Source: Acidimicrobiia bacterium
GTDB taxonomy: Bacteria; Actinomycetota; Acidimicrobiia; Spongiisociales; JAENVV01
Assembly: GCA_041577335.1 (NCBI GenBank)
Contig: JBFGJH010000013.1
Location: 1-62,083, forward strand
Reading direction: 5' to 3'
DNA: 62,083 bases
Numbering within the stretch: position 1 is the stretch's first letter; each line of letters opens with the position of its first letter. Of this stretch, positions 36,443 through 46,467 are shown piece by piece. Position numbers and translations under genes: made by a program. The notes below the pieces were generated by a model that worked only from the letters and a program-made list of their open reading frames with translations, had not been told where the DNA came from and did no database searches.

Positions 36443-37379
36443 GATGCATCCGAGCGGGGTCTATCCCACCCTGAACGGTTCCGCCGCCGAGCACAGGCGG
36501 CCCGGGCTCAAGTCGTTCGGCTGCGCTGCTCACTGCCGGTCCCAACGCGCGCAGGCATCCGATGATTCCGCCCTCGAGGCCGCGATTGGACCCATCCCAC
36601 GACTTGACGCCGACGCCATGCGCGTTGCGAATCGCCACTCCGATGCACGCTTCGGCACCGATTTTGGCGGCGGCATCGATGGAGGTCGCGACTCGCGAGT
36701 CGATTCGACCATTCGCCGAGCTGAGCGAGGGATATCGATGCATGGCCGACCAGATTCTCCGAAACGGTCCCTGCTGACCCAGGCGCGCGAACGCGGCGGC
36801 GAGCCCGCGCGTCGACACCGTGAACACGGGAGCACCACAGCCATCGACTCCGATCGTCTCGGTCGCCTCCCCAGTGGCGTTCTCCCATATCGACCGGATG
36901 CGATCTTGCAGGGGGTGATCTGGATCGAGATATGTGTCCGTTGGCCACCCTGCCGTTCGGCACGCCGCCAGCATCGACGCGTGCTTCCCCGAGCAATTGT
37001 GGAAAACCCGGGTCGGAGCCGTGACCCCGCGTCGAATGGCGAGGTCACGTGCCGCGGGCGCCAGCGGCCAGGCCGGGGGCGTTTGCAGCGCTGTCTCGTC
37101 GAGCCCCGCCTCCGCCAGGATCGACCGGACATAGGCCAAGTGGACGGGAAAACCACCGTGGCTGGCACAGGCAACGGCCAGTGCCTGGTCGGTGAGACTG
37201 ATGCCGGCATCGAGCGCAGCTCGAGCTTGGAACGGCTTTGACGCGGATCGCACGAAGAAATGGCGGCGAGCATCTCCCAACTCGCCGACCACCGCCCCCG
37301 AGGGCGTCACGATGGCGGCGGAGACATGATGCTCAGCCTCGACGACTCCGTTGCGACGGACCCTGACGACCGCAGTCAA
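36432..37379 (-). CDS. Asparaginase (Rhizobium-type / Asparaginase_II family)
   Basis: RSASKPFQA, CASHGG, HNCSGKHA, DGCGAP, KIGAE. Confidence 0.9.
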   Translation of the reverse strand: MTAVVRVRRNGVVEAEHHVSAAIVTPSGAVVGELGDARRHFFVRSASKPFQARAALDAGISLTDQALAVACASHGGFPVHLAYVRSILAEAGLDETALQTPPAWPLAPAARDLAIRRGVTAPTRVFHNCSGKHASMLAACRTAGWPTDTYLDPDHPLQDRIRSIWENATGEATETIGVDGCGAPVFTVSTRGLAAAFARLGQQGPFRRIWSAMHRYPSLSSANGRIDSRVATSIDAAAKIGAEACIGVAIRNAHGVGVKSWDGSNRGLEGGIIGCLRALGPAVSSAAERLEPGPPVLGGGTVQGGIDPARMHHVG

Positions 37380-37903
37380 GACTGGGCAAGCTCGTCTTCG
37401 AGGTCTTGGCGATACCGGCCGGTGATCTGGGCGTGGAGGACATCGAAAACGTCTTGTACGCGCCGTCGGCTTTTGGAAACGTCGGCTTCCGTATCGGCCA
37501 ACGTGGTTTGGATCTCGGCGAGGTCCTCATCACTGAGATCGGCGATGCGAGTGAGGAAATCGTCCTCCAACACATCATCGATGGGGCGGCGCCGCTCATC
37601 GGGCAGCTCCGGGTAGAACTCTCCGCGCACCCGCCCCAAGTTGCCACCCGTGGTCTCACCCGCCGCGAGAATCTCGGGAAGAGCCTCGATGAGCGACCGC
37701 GTCTCGTCTCCCCGTCGACGAGACAACTCGAAGTTGAGAAGGTCCATACGCCCATGAAGCAGGCGCCGGTAGTAAGACAGCTCCGTTTCGACGTCGTTGG
37801 CGAGCTCACGACGGTGGCGGAGCTCATCCAACGGCAGGTCGATCAGGTCCTCCGTGAATTCGGGAGAGAGGATGTTGTCGATTCGTCGGCGATGTTGTTC
37901 CAA
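37376..37903 (-). CDS. rsiG: RsiG (AmfC) family c-di-GMP-binding anti-sigma factor
   Basis: Two E-x3-S-x2-R-x3-Q/H-x3-D motifs (ETELSYYRRLLHGRMD, EADVSKSRRRVQDVFD); adjacent to an asparaginase gene as in Streptomyces. Confidence 0.85.
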   Translation of the reverse strand: MEQHRRRIDNILSPEFTEDLIDLPLDELRHRRELANDVETELSYYRRLLHGRMDLLNFELSRRRGDETRSLIEALPEILAAGETTGGNLGRVRGEFYPELPDERRRPIDDVLEDDFLTRIADLSDEDLAEIQTTLADTEADVSKSRRRVQDVFDVLHAQITGRYRQDLEDELAQS

Positions 37904-37911
37904 GGCTGCTC

Positions 37912-39003
37912 CTAGCAGTTGCGAGCCAGCGTCGGGTACGGGTTCACCCATCCGCCGCCGGGCGGTTCCATTCCAAAGTGAAGATGCGGAGCACCGCCCA
38001 CCGCGTTACCGGTGGTCCCCGTGTATCCGACAACGTCACCCGTCGTGACCCTTTGACCGTTGCTGAGTCCTTGCGCATAGGCGCTGAGGTGAGCGTAATA
38101 GTAACCAACCCCGTAATCGGAATGAATCCAAAGAGCTGTGCCCCCCAGCCCACCGTTCCGCAGCTCTACGGTCCCGTCGGCGACTGCGACCTGAGGATGC
38201 CCGTTGGCCGAGAAGACGTCGGTGCCCTTGTGAGTACGCCCGCCGGAACGCGCAAAGCCCCAGTCGTTGATGAATGCGATCGGCTGGCTCATGGGACAGA
38301 TGAATCCGGGGGTCGCCTCCGGTGGCAATCCGCCGGCTGCGCCGGCAGCCCGCGCAGCGGCGGCCGCTCGCTCCCGAGCCAGCTGTTGCTGATATTCCTC
38401 TCGTACACGTGAGCACTCACTCGACAGGTCCTGATATGAGTTCGAGGCTTCGACCAGAGCTCGCTCCATGTCGGCTCGGAAGTCTTCGGCCTGGCTGCGC
38501 AGCTCGGCCAACTGATTCTGGGTGGCGACCAGCTCATCGCGGAGTTTCTGCGCATCGTTGGCGAGCGCCGTGAGCTCCGAAGCGATCGCCAGATCGTTGC
38601 CGCTGACGGCGTCGAGAAGCTCGGCTGCGACAAGGAACTGGGACACCGAATCAGTCGCCAGGATCACCTCGGTACCTGGCAATCCGCCGGCCATGTACAC
38701 CTCCACCGCCCGCTCCCTGACCGCCAGTCGCGTGTCGTGGACCTCGTCCTCTCGTTCCTCGATGAGCGCCCGGAGGCCGAGCTGTCGGTACGCCACCGCC
38801 TCCAGCTCGGAAGAAACCTCATTGAACGCGGCCGTTGCAGCATCAAATCGATCTTGAGAGCCTTCATAGATGGCGAGCGCCGCGGCGCTATCTGCGCACG
38901 CCGCTTCGACCTCATCCTCGGTAACGGAGGCAACGGGTTGCGCGATGACCCCGACGAGGAGGAATACGAGCAAGAAAAGAAGTCGTGACGATGCCGTTCG
39001 CAT
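37912..39003 (-). CDS. Coiled-coil M23 family peptidase
   Basis: Signal peptide, long coiled coil, HKGTD, YAHL, PHLHF. Confidence 0.9.
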   Translation of the reverse strand: MRTASSRLLFLLVFLLVGVIAQPVASVTEDEVEAACADSAAALAIYEGSQDRFDAATAAFNEVSSELEAVAYRQLGLRALIEEREDEVHDTRLAVRERAVEVYMAGGLPGTEVILATDSVSQFLVAAELLDAVSGNDLAIASELTALANDAQKLRDELVATQNQLAELRSQAEDFRADMERALVEASNSYQDLSSECSRVREEYQQQLARERAAAAARAAGAAGGLPPEATPGFICPMSQPIAFINDWGFARSGGRTHKGTDVFSANGHPQVAVADGTVELRNGGLGGTALWIHSDYGVGYYYAHLSAYAQGLSNGQRVTTGDVVGYTGTTGNAVGGAPHLHFGMEPPGGGWVNPYPTLARNC

Positions 39004-39093
39004 CGTTCGGCAGGGTAATCGAGCAGTGCCCGGAATGAAATGACCAAGGTCGAGTCGATGAAGCCGATTCGGGCGCCACTAGTGTCCCGGCGC

Positions 39094-39453
39094 ATGCAGA
39101 TGGCTCTGAGCATCGCGGCCGGTGGTGCCATTGGATCAGTGTTGCGGTGGTATGCCGGCCAATGGACGTCGACCAGCGTGCCGTGGGGAACCTGGGCAGT
39201 GAACATCCTCGGGTCACTGCTGCTCGGATTGGTCGTCGGCGCCTACGCCAGCCGAACGATTGACCCGGCCTGGGTGAACGGAGTAACCGTCGGATTGCTG
39301 GGAGGGTTCACGACGTTCAGCACCTTCACGCTTCAGTCGGTTGAGCTCTGGGAATCGGGACGCCCCCAATGGGCGGCCATCAACATCTTCGTATCGGTCC
39401 TGGCGGGCCTCACCGCGGCCGTCGTCGGCCTCGCAGCCGGCCGGGCGATGTAA
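39094..39453 (+). CDS. crcB: Fluoride channel Fluc/CrcB
   Basis: GGAIGSVLR, PWGTWAVNILGS, GLLGGFTTFSTF. Confidence 0.92.
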   Translation: MQMALSIAAGGAIGSVLRWYAGQWTSTSVPWGTWAVNILGSLLLGLVVGAYASRTIDPAWVNGVTVGLLGGFTTFSTFTLQSVELWESGRPQWAAINIFVSVLAGLTAAVVGLAAGRAM

Positions 39454-39511
39454 TACGCCCCGTCGAGTCGGCTGCCCGGGCGATCCGGCGTCCTGCCCGC
39501 CCCGGATGACC

Positions 39512-39991
39512 TCAGTGAGGGCGATACGCTTGCCTGCACTGATCGATCACAACCCGCGCATCGGCGGCTGGCTGCCAGCCGTGAGATGCCGTCTTCTTGT
39601 CTTCGAGGTCCTTGTACACGGTGAAGAAGTGCTCGAGTTCCTTGAGCAGATGTCCGGGAACCCCGTCGAGGTCGACGACGCCGTCCCAAAGTGGATCGCC
39701 GATGGGAACGCCGAGAACCTTGTGATCCGGGTCTCCTTGGTCTTCCATGAGGAACAAACCGATGGGGCGTATCCGCACCCGGCAGCCAGGGAACGTTGGT
39801 TCGGAAACCAAGGCAAGCGCGTCCAACGGGTCATCGTCCTCGGCGAGCGTGTCGGGTATGAACCCATAATCAGCCGGGTAGCGCGTGGCGGTAAACAGCA
39901 TGCGATCGAGGAAGATGTGCCCGGACTCGTGATCCATCTCGTATTTGTTGCGGCTCCCCTTGGGGATCTCGACGATCATCGTTACATCCAT
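39512..39991 (-). CDS. ppa: Inorganic pyrophosphatase (family I)
   Basis: EIPKGSRNKYE, YPADYGFIP, DDDPLD, FFTVYKDLE. Confidence 0.95.
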   Translation of the reverse strand: MDVTMIVEIPKGSRNKYEMDHESGHIFLDRMLFTATRYPADYGFIPDTLAEDDDPLDALALVSEPTFPGCRVRIRPIGLFLMEDQGDPDHKVLGVPIGDPLWDGVVDLDGVPGHLLKELEHFFTVYKDLEDKKTASHGWQPAADARVVIDQCRQAYRPH

Positions 39992-40005
39992 GGATCACCC
40001 TTCTC

Positions 40006-41898
40006 TCACATCGTGACTTGCGAGCCGACTTCGATGACATTCCGGGACGGTAGACCAAAATAGCCGGCCGCCGATTGCGCGTTTCGATGCATGACGGCGA
40101 ACAGCCGAATGCCGAGGCCGCGCACGCCGCGCGATTCAACGATGATCGATTCTTTGCTCAGGAAGAACGAAGCATTGGCCGGTTCGAAACCGAACTCTCT
40201 GGACACGATGGCAGCGAGGTCGTCGGGAACGCGTGGCTCTTGCATGAAGCCGTACGTGAGCGTGACCTGGACGAAGCCTTCGCCGAGCTGATGCACCGTG
40301 GCTCGGCGAGCGTGCAGAACCACCGGCGAGTGGGTGGTCCGGACAGTCACGAGGACGACCTCGTCGTGCAGCACCTCATGGTGCCGGAGGTTGGCGAGCA
40401 GCGCGGCGGGCGTGGTACCGATCTCCGACACCATATAGACGGCCGTCCCCGGCACACGAATTTGCGGGTGTACGACGATCGACTCGATGAACCGCTCCAA
40501 CGGTGCCTGGATCTTGAGGCGCCTCCACTCCAGTCCTGCTCGACCGCGCCGCCAGGTGAGCATGATCGTGAAGACGATCATGCCAACCAAGAGCGGCACC
40601 CATCCTCCCGCGACGATCTTCAACAGATTGGCCCCCAGGAACGCAGCGTCGACCACCAAAAAGACCGCAGTGAGGCTCGCCGCGGCGGGTCTGCCCCACC
40701 CCCAGCGCTCCCGCATCACGACGTAGAGAAGGACCGACGTGATGGCCATCGTCGAAGTCACGGCAATGCCATACGCCGCGGCCAGATTGCTTGATGTCTG
40801 GAATCCGACCACGAGACCGACGGACGCCACCATCAGAATCCAGTTGACCGAACGCACGTACACCTGCCCGAACTGGCTCGGCGACGTATGGTCGATGTGC
40901 ACCCTGGGCAGATACCCGAGCTGAACGGCCTGGAGGGTCAGCGAGTATGCGCCCGAGATGAGCGCCTGGGAGGCAATCACGGTCGCCAGCGTTGCCAGGA
41001 AAACCATCGGGAGCGAGGCCCACGAGGGCGCCATCCGAAAGAACGGGTTGTCGATGGCGGCCGGGTCATCGAGAACGAGCGCACCCTGGCCCAGGTAGTT
41101 GATGACCAGCGCGGGAAACACCAGCCCGAACCATGCCAGCCGGATTGGTTTGCGCCCGAAATGACCCATGTCGGCGTACAGCGCCTCGCTGCCGGTCACG
41201 ACCAGGAATATCGCCCCCAGCGTCCGGAACGCGATGCCCGGATTCGCCCCCACGAAATCGAAGGCGTGGCCAGGGTTGATCGCGCCGAGTACGTCGGGGT
41301 GGGAGGCGATCTGACCGAGGCCCAGCAAGGCGAGGGTGGTGAACCACACGATCATGACTGGGCCGAACACGGCTCCGACTCGGCTGGTGCCGAAGCGTTG
41401 AATCGAGAACAGCCCCACGAGAATGACCACTGCGATCGGAATGACGGAGCTGTCGAGAGAGGGCACCGCCACCTGAACGCCCTCGACGGCCGCGAGCACC
41501 GAGATCGCCGGCGTGATCATGCCGTCCCCGTACAGCAAGGCCGTCCCGAACAACCCGAGAGCGATGAGAGAACTGCGAACAGTGCTCACCTTGACACCTC
41601 TGGCGCCAAGGATGAGCGCCGTCAAAGCCAATATGCCGCCTTCGCCGTCGTTGTCGGCTCGCATGACATATATCAGGTACTTCACCGTGACCACCAGCAC
41701 GAGCGACCAGAAAACGAGAGAAAGCATCCCAAACACGTCTTGGCGGGTGACCGGGCCCCCCTCGGACGAGATCAGGAACGCCTCTCGAAGGGCGTACAAC
41801 GGGCTGGTGCCGATGTCGCCAAACACCACTCCGAGCGCGCCGAGTGACAACAGCGCCAACGCCCGCGATCCGCTGTCTGGGGCTTCCGCCACACCCAA
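40006..41898 (-). CDS. kup: Potassium uptake protein Kup
   Basis: GVVFGDIGTSPLYA, ADNDGEGG, GDGMITPAISVL, EALYADMGHFG. Confidence 0.95.
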   Translation of the reverse strand: MGVAEAPDSGSRALALLSLGALGVVFGDIGTSPLYALREAFLISSEGGPVTRQDVFGMLSLVFWSLVLVVTVKYLIYVMRADNDGEGGILALTALILGARGVKVSTVRSSLIALGLFGTALLYGDGMITPAISVLAAVEGVQVAVPSLDSSVIPIAVVILVGLFSIQRFGTSRVGAVFGPVMIVWFTTLALLGLGQIASHPDVLGAINPGHAFDFVGANPGIAFRTLGAIFLVVTGSEALYADMGHFGRKPIRLAWFGLVFPALVINYLGQGALVLDDPAAIDNPFFRMAPSWASLPMVFLATLATVIASQALISGAYSLTLQAVQLGYLPRVHIDHTSPSQFGQVYVRSVNWILMVASVGLVVGFQTSSNLAAAYGIAVTSTMAITSVLLYVVMRERWGWGRPAAASLTAVFLVVDAAFLGANLLKIVAGGWVPLLVGMIVFTIMLTWRRGRAGLEWRRLKIQAPLERFIESIVVHPQIRVPGTAVYMVSEIGTTPAALLANLRHHEVLHDEVVLVTVRTTHSPVVLHARRATVHQLGEGFVQVTLTYGFMQEPRVPDDLAAIVSREFGFEPANASFFLSKESIIVESRGVRGLGIRLFAVMHRNAQSAAGYFGLPSRNVIEVGSQVTM

Positions 41899-42062
41899 TC
41901 CTTCTCGAACCAGGAACTGCCTCGGGCATGGGCATGGGCACGCAAACCCGGCGACGAGATATTACCGGCCTAGAGGCAGATCGAGTGCGTGGCCCAGGTC
42001 CATCTGGAGTGGCCGGGGACAGTCGGCACGGAGGCCTCGGCTGAGAACGCTTCGCGTTCTCG

Positions 42063-43064
42063 CTAGCTCACGAGCAGCAAGATAGGGAGGAAGATCGCCG
42101 CAGCCATGACCGGACCATCGAAGTCTGACAACAACCCCGGAGGACGATCCACCAGGTACACCTCACCGGTGCGACACATGGCACCAAACCCACGACCGGC
42201 GATCAAAGCGAGGGCAACCACGGCGCCCACAAGCAAGTAGGCGAGGATCGACAGATCCCATACGAACGCGGCGACCAAGCCGGCGGCGACTGCCCCGGCT
42301 GCCCCGGCGACGTAGGGGTCGAGGTACGGAATCGCCAATCTCGAGGCGATGGTCGTTGCCAGACCGGCGACAATCACCTGGATCAGGAACACACCGACGA
42401 TCTTGGCGCCACCGTCGCCAATGCGGAGCATGACGAGGGAAGCCACGGCAAACCCCGCGAGTAGCTGAACAGTGAGTGTGACGCCCACCACGGTGAGGTC
42501 GCGCGACTCCGGCACGATCACTGCCCACGCCAGGAGTCCTATGACCGAGAAGGCGAGCACGATGCCGAAACCGCTGAATCGATCAGCGGCTCCCGGTGCT
42601 CCGAGCGCGGCGACCGCGCCGACCGTGACAGCGGCCAGCACGGGAGCAAGCTGAAGCTCGAGGCCACCTTCGCGTGTCTCTCGCCAGACATCGACGGCCC
42701 AGACTGCGGTGATACCGACCAGGGCGGCGGCAAACACAGGGGCCGACGCAAAGCTGTTGACGCCCGCCAGCACAACGGCTGCGGCCACCACCCAAATGAT
42801 GGACCGCGCCTCTTCGATCCGGGCAGCTTGACCACCGGACACCGGCGGTATCACGGCGATCTCGTCGCTCTCGGTGACTTCGTCGCTCGCCGCGGCCGGC
42901 TCACCGTTCAGCCAGACCTTGGAGTGCGCAACGCCGGTCGCAAAAGCCTCACCGAACTCGGCGTCAGCGAGTGCCAACACCTCTCCAACGGTTGCGCCAG
43001 ACAGCTCGACTGACGAGGTGCCGGCGAGCTCGCGCAGATTTGCGAATAGACGAACGTGGGCCAT
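42063..43064 (-). CDS. MoaD/ThiS ubiquitin-like domain fused to a polytopic membrane domain
   Basis: VRLFANLRELAG...DEIAVIPPVSGG followed in frame by about 8 TM helices. Confidence 0.8.
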   Translation of the reverse strand: MAHVRLFANLRELAGTSSVELSGATVGEVLALADAEFGEAFATGVAHSKVWLNGEPAAASDEVTESDEIAVIPPVSGGQAARIEEARSIIWVVAAAVVLAGVNSFASAPVFAAALVGITAVWAVDVWRETREGGLELQLAPVLAAVTVGAVAALGAPGAADRFSGFGIVLAFSVIGLLAWAVIVPESRDLTVVGVTLTVQLLAGFAVASLVMLRIGDGGAKIVGVFLIQVIVAGLATTIASRLAIPYLDPYVAGAAGAVAAGLVAAFVWDLSILAYLLVGAVVALALIAGRGFGAMCRTGEVYLVDRPPGLLSDFDGPVMAAAIFLPILLLVS

Positions 43065-43118
43065 AGGCCGCCAGGATAGTGGTTGGCCCGATAGGCGAGG
43101 GCCGGTGACCCCGCTCGC

Positions 43119-43148
43119 GAAGGAACCGCCCTCCCGGGCGGTTCCTTC
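43119..43148 (-). terminator. Terminator hairpin after flotillin
   Basis: GAAGGAACCGCCC-TCCC-GGGCGGTTCCTTC. Confidence 0.65.
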
Positions 43149-43170
43149 TCTGCGTTCGATCGGTGCGTTC

Positions 43171-44475
43171 TCAGACCGATGGCGGCGCCGGCGGCGCGAG
43201 GGCCTCCTCGGCTTTCGCTGCCACCTCTGGCTCAGCTTCAGGCGCGGCAGGAGCCTGGTTCAGCGCCGACAAAATGTTGACTCCGGTGGCATTCTCGATC
43301 TGCTCGGTGATTTTGATCACCGATGCGGGCAGCTGACTCATGATGGCCGGAAGGCCTTCCGAGCCCCCGCTGTCGATGACCGACACTCGATCGATCTTGA
43401 CGCCCTTGACGGTGTCGGTGATCTTGCTGACCAGCTCGGGCAGCATGTTGAGAACGAAGATCTTCTCCGCCTCGGGCCCAGCATCACGATATTGCTTCAC
43501 CAGCCGATTGAACACCTCGATCTGGGCGGCACCATCTTCGATGATGCTCGCCGCAAGACCCTTGGCTTCCAGCTCCGCTGCTTCCTTGCTGGCCCGTGCC
43601 GGCGTGACTACGTCGGCTTCGAGTCGCCGCCTCTGCAGCTCGATGCGTTCCGCCTCCAGCTCTTGCTCGGCCACTGCTCGGGCCTTTTCGCCGGCGACCT
43701 TGGCTTGCTCTTCCTTCACGACGGCAGTCGCTTCTAGCTCGGCCGTGCGCACACGAAGATCGTTCTCCTTCTCGACGATCGCCAAATCGGCCAAGACGCG
43801 GGCCGTCTCAGCTCTCCGCCGGGCTTCGGCCTCGTTCTCTTCGGCTTCCGCTTTTCGCTCCGCCTCTGCGACACGGGCATCCTTGATGACCGCTGCAGTC
43901 TGCCTACGACCCACCGATTCGAGGTAGCCCACTTCGTCCGTGACGTTTTGAATCTTCAGCACATCGAGATCCAACCCCAGCGTGCGGACATCGTCGTCTG
44001 CCTCATCTATGAGCGTGCTGGCGAACTTCAATCGGTCTTGATTGACCTCTTCGGGAGTGAGGGTTGCAAGAACACCGCGCAGGTTGGCTTCGAGTGTCTC
44101 CTTGGCGATCTGAGCAACGATGTCGGTGGGGCGGCCGAGAAACCGCTCGATGGCATTCTCGAGGATGCCCGATTGGCTGGAGATCTTCACGTTGGCGATC
44201 CCTTGAACGTTCAACGGGATCGTGCCCTTCGAATACGCATTGTTCACGGAAACGTCGATCGCCACGGTGCTCAGATCCATCCACTCGATCTGCTCGAATA
44301 TCGGGATGCGGTATGCACGGCCACCCCGGATGATCCGGTAGCCCTTCTCGCCCGCTCGCTTACCGGAGATCACGGCCACCTTGTTGGGCGGAACGACGAC
44401 CACCAAGTTGCTGGCAACCGCCACAACCATCACGATCAGAGCAACAACGAGGAACCCCCCGATCAAAAACCACAT
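43171..44475 (-). CDS. Flotillin/SPFH domain protein
   Basis: N-terminal TM, AIERFLG, LEANLRGVLATLTPEE, AEA-rich coiled coil. Confidence 0.92.
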   Translation of the reverse strand: MWFLIGGFLVVALIVMVVAVASNLVVVVPPNKVAVISGKRAGEKGYRIIRGGRAYRIPIFEQIEWMDLSTVAIDVSVNNAYSKGTIPLNVQGIANVKISSQSGILENAIERFLGRPTDIVAQIAKETLEANLRGVLATLTPEEVNQDRLKFASTLIDEADDDVRTLGLDLDVLKIQNVTDEVGYLESVGRRQTAAVIKDARVAEAERKAEAEENEAEARRRAETARVLADLAIVEKENDLRVRTAELEATAVVKEEQAKVAGEKARAVAEQELEAERIELQRRRLEADVVTPARASKEAAELEAKGLAASIIEDGAAQIEVFNRLVKQYRDAGPEAEKIFVLNMLPELVSKITDTVKGVKIDRVSVIDSGGSEGLPAIMSQLPASVIKITEQIENATGVNILSALNQAPAAPEAEPEVAAKAEEALAPPAPPSV

Positions 44476-44495
44476 GAGTCCGTCCTTTCTTTCCT

Positions 44496-45137
44496 TTACT
44501 CGTCTCCGTGGGCCAACTCGTCGAGGCGGGCGATGAGGGCGGTGCCCCGCTCGTCCATCTCGACAACGACGACCTGGTCTCCGGCCTCGAAGACTTCATT
44601 TTGTTTGAACGGGATAGCGGTCATCTTGACGGGTTGCCCGTCGATGAGCACTGAAACCTGACCTTTGGCACCCTCCCGAAGCGGGACGGTGACCCGGCCG
44701 GCCTGGCCTTCGAACGCGCGCCGCCCCAGCATGCTCGTGCTCGTCGACCGCTTGAGCCAGTTCGTCAGCCAACCGTTGGCGAAAGCCCCGAGGACTCCGA
44801 AAGCCAAGGCGAGGATGAACACGGCCGTGTCGGAGTCGCTGCCGATGCTGAACAGGAGGCCAGCGGCACCAAAGAAGGCCGCAAAGAATATGATCGAACG
44901 GATCGACAGCATCGAAGTGAACACGTCGCCGAACGCTCCCCCGCTGACGTCGAAGTCGCCATCGAGGTCGGCGTCCATGTCCATATCCATGTCCATATCC
45001 ATATCCATGTCCATATCCATGTCCATGTCGAAGTCGACGTCGGTATCGAGATCAAACTCGGTGTCTCCCCCAAAGAGCAGCATGATGCCGAGAAGGGGCC
45101 AGCCGACCGCCGCCGCGAAGATATAGGCATTCATCAT
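44496..45137 (-). CDS. NfeD/YqiJ-like flotillin partner
   Basis: TM helices plus C-terminal OB-fold (GRVTVP..KGQV, GDQVVVV); upstream of flotillin. Confidence 0.8.
   Translation of the reverse strand: MMNAYIFAAAVGWPLLGIMLLFGGDTEFDLDTDVDFDMDMDMDMDMDMDMDMDMDADLDGDFDVSGGAFGDVFTSMLSIRSIIFFAAFFGAAGLLFSIGSDSDTAVFILALAFGVLGAFANGWLTNWLKRSTSTSMLGRRAFEGQAGRVTVPLREGAKGQVSVLIDGQPVKMTAIPFKQNEVFEAGDQVVVVEMDERGTALIARLDELAHGDE
44974..45027. repeat. Hexanucleotide microsatellite (TCCATR)x9
   Basis: Encodes (MD)9 in the NfeD-like protein. Confidence 0.9.
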
Positions 45138-45244
45138 CTGGCTTTCCTCCTCTCAACGCCTGTTTCTCATAAACCACGGTAGCAATTCCCGGGTTCCACG
45201 ATTTCGGAATGAGCCGGTGACCCCCACCACGTCGCCAAGCTCTC

Positions 45245-45877
45245 TCAACCAGAGCCGGAGCTGCTCCGCGCCGACCGGGCAGCCATCCACAACGCATCCG
45301 CCAGCCAAACCCAGGCCGCGGCGACGAGCGGTGAGAGAACAACCAGGACACCGAGCTGCCAGAGCTGGAAAGCATCGATCTGGCCCCAGCTCGAGCCCAG
45401 TGCCGCCACGGCCGCGGCGACCGGGATGAGGCAGCGGAGCGCCACCCTCCCCACGGTGTGGGCGGGAATGGCGAGACCCCAGCCGATGGCGAGCGCCGCA
45501 ACGGCGAAGCCACTTGCGCCGAGGGCGAGCAACGCCCCGCCTACGCCGACCGCGGCAATCGTTCCCAAGACCGTCCGGGGCATGGAACGGCTGATCGTGG
45601 ACGCATAGGCAGCACCGAAGACCGCCCCGCCCAACGCGACCGGCCCGGCAACCCACGCGGCCAGCGCAACGGCCGCCCACGTGGGATCGACGACTTCCCG
45701 AGAACGGTCGAACAGCCACACGGCGCCCAGGAACAAAAAGCTGATCAGCCCGACCGCGGCAAGCAAGACGGCCCCGACGACCACACTGGCGTACGCCCAG
45801 AGAATCGCCGGCGGCAGCGATCTGGTCAGCTCCGCCATGGACAGAGGCTGAAAGAAGCCAGGCGGGCGCGGGGTCAT
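45245..45877 (-). CDS. Hypothetical membrane protein
   Basis: About 6 hydrophobic helices; ATGA overlap with the upstream methyltransferase. Confidence 0.65.
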   Translation of the reverse strand: MTPRPPGFFQPLSMAELTRSLPPAILWAYASVVVGAVLLAAVGLISFLFLGAVWLFDRSREVVDPTWAAVALAAWVAGPVALGGAVFGAAYASTISRSMPRTVLGTIAAVGVGGALLALGASGFAVAALAIGWGLAIPAHTVGRVALRCLIPVAAAVAALGSSWGQIDAFQLWQLGVLVVLSPLVAAAWVWLADALWMAARSARSSSGSG

Positions 45878-46467
45878 TGGCGACGCCAGGCTGCCCACCG
45901 ATGGCGCCCCCTCCGGCCGACCGGCCGCGTCACCTCATCGTCCTCGAGGGTCACGAACGCCGAGCCGAGAGCCACGGTGAGATCCGAAGTCGTCATCGAG
46001 AACGGAGGCCCTGTGTCCAGGTCAGAAGGGCCCACCGGAAACACGATCGATACGACTCGACCCCCCGGCCGCACCGCCCTGGTGGCCGCCATCCCATATT
46101 CGTCACGACGAGCAGGTGGGATCGCACAGAAGAAGGTGTGGTCGAACCACAGATCCACCGGCCCCCCGAAACGTAGGGAATCGCCCAGCAAGAACTCACC
46201 CCCGGAGGGGGCGAGGAGCCGGGAGACCTCAGTCGCGACAGCCGGGGCGAAGTCGGAGGCAATCACGCGCCATCCAGCGTCGGCCAGGGCAACGGCATCG
46301 TGCCCGCGACCGCACCCGGGCACATAGGCCGTTCCCACCGACCCGCATCCCAGGCCCGAATCGATTGCCAAGCGACGCCGCAACTCGGGGTGCGCCTCAC
46401 CGAGATCCCACGGCGTCCGGTCGTTGTGATAGCTGTCCGACCACGCTGTCGAATCAGACACCGTCAC
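45874..46467 (-). CDS. TPMT-like SAM-dependent methyltransferase
   Basis: TPWDLG, VPGCGRGHD, DHTFFCAIPP..R, GPPF. Confidence 0.88.
   Translation of the reverse strand: MTVSDSTAWSDSYHNDRTPWDLGEAHPELRRRLAIDSGLGCGSVGTAYVPGCGRGHDAVALADAGWRVIASDFAPAVATEVSRLLAPSGGEFLLGDSLRFGGPVDLWFDHTFFCAIPPARRDEYGMAATRAVRPGGRVVSIVFPVGPSDLDTGPPFSMTTSDLTVALGSAFVTLEDDEVTRPVGRRGRHRWAAWRRQ

Noticed and set aside
39004..39093. Fluoride riboswitch upstream of crcB
   Set aside because: The GGCGATGG...CGCC/GCTGATG core is not present.
41899..42062. c-di-AMP (ydaO) riboswitch upstream of kup
   Set aside because: No GCTGAATCC/GGGGA core elements were recognisable.
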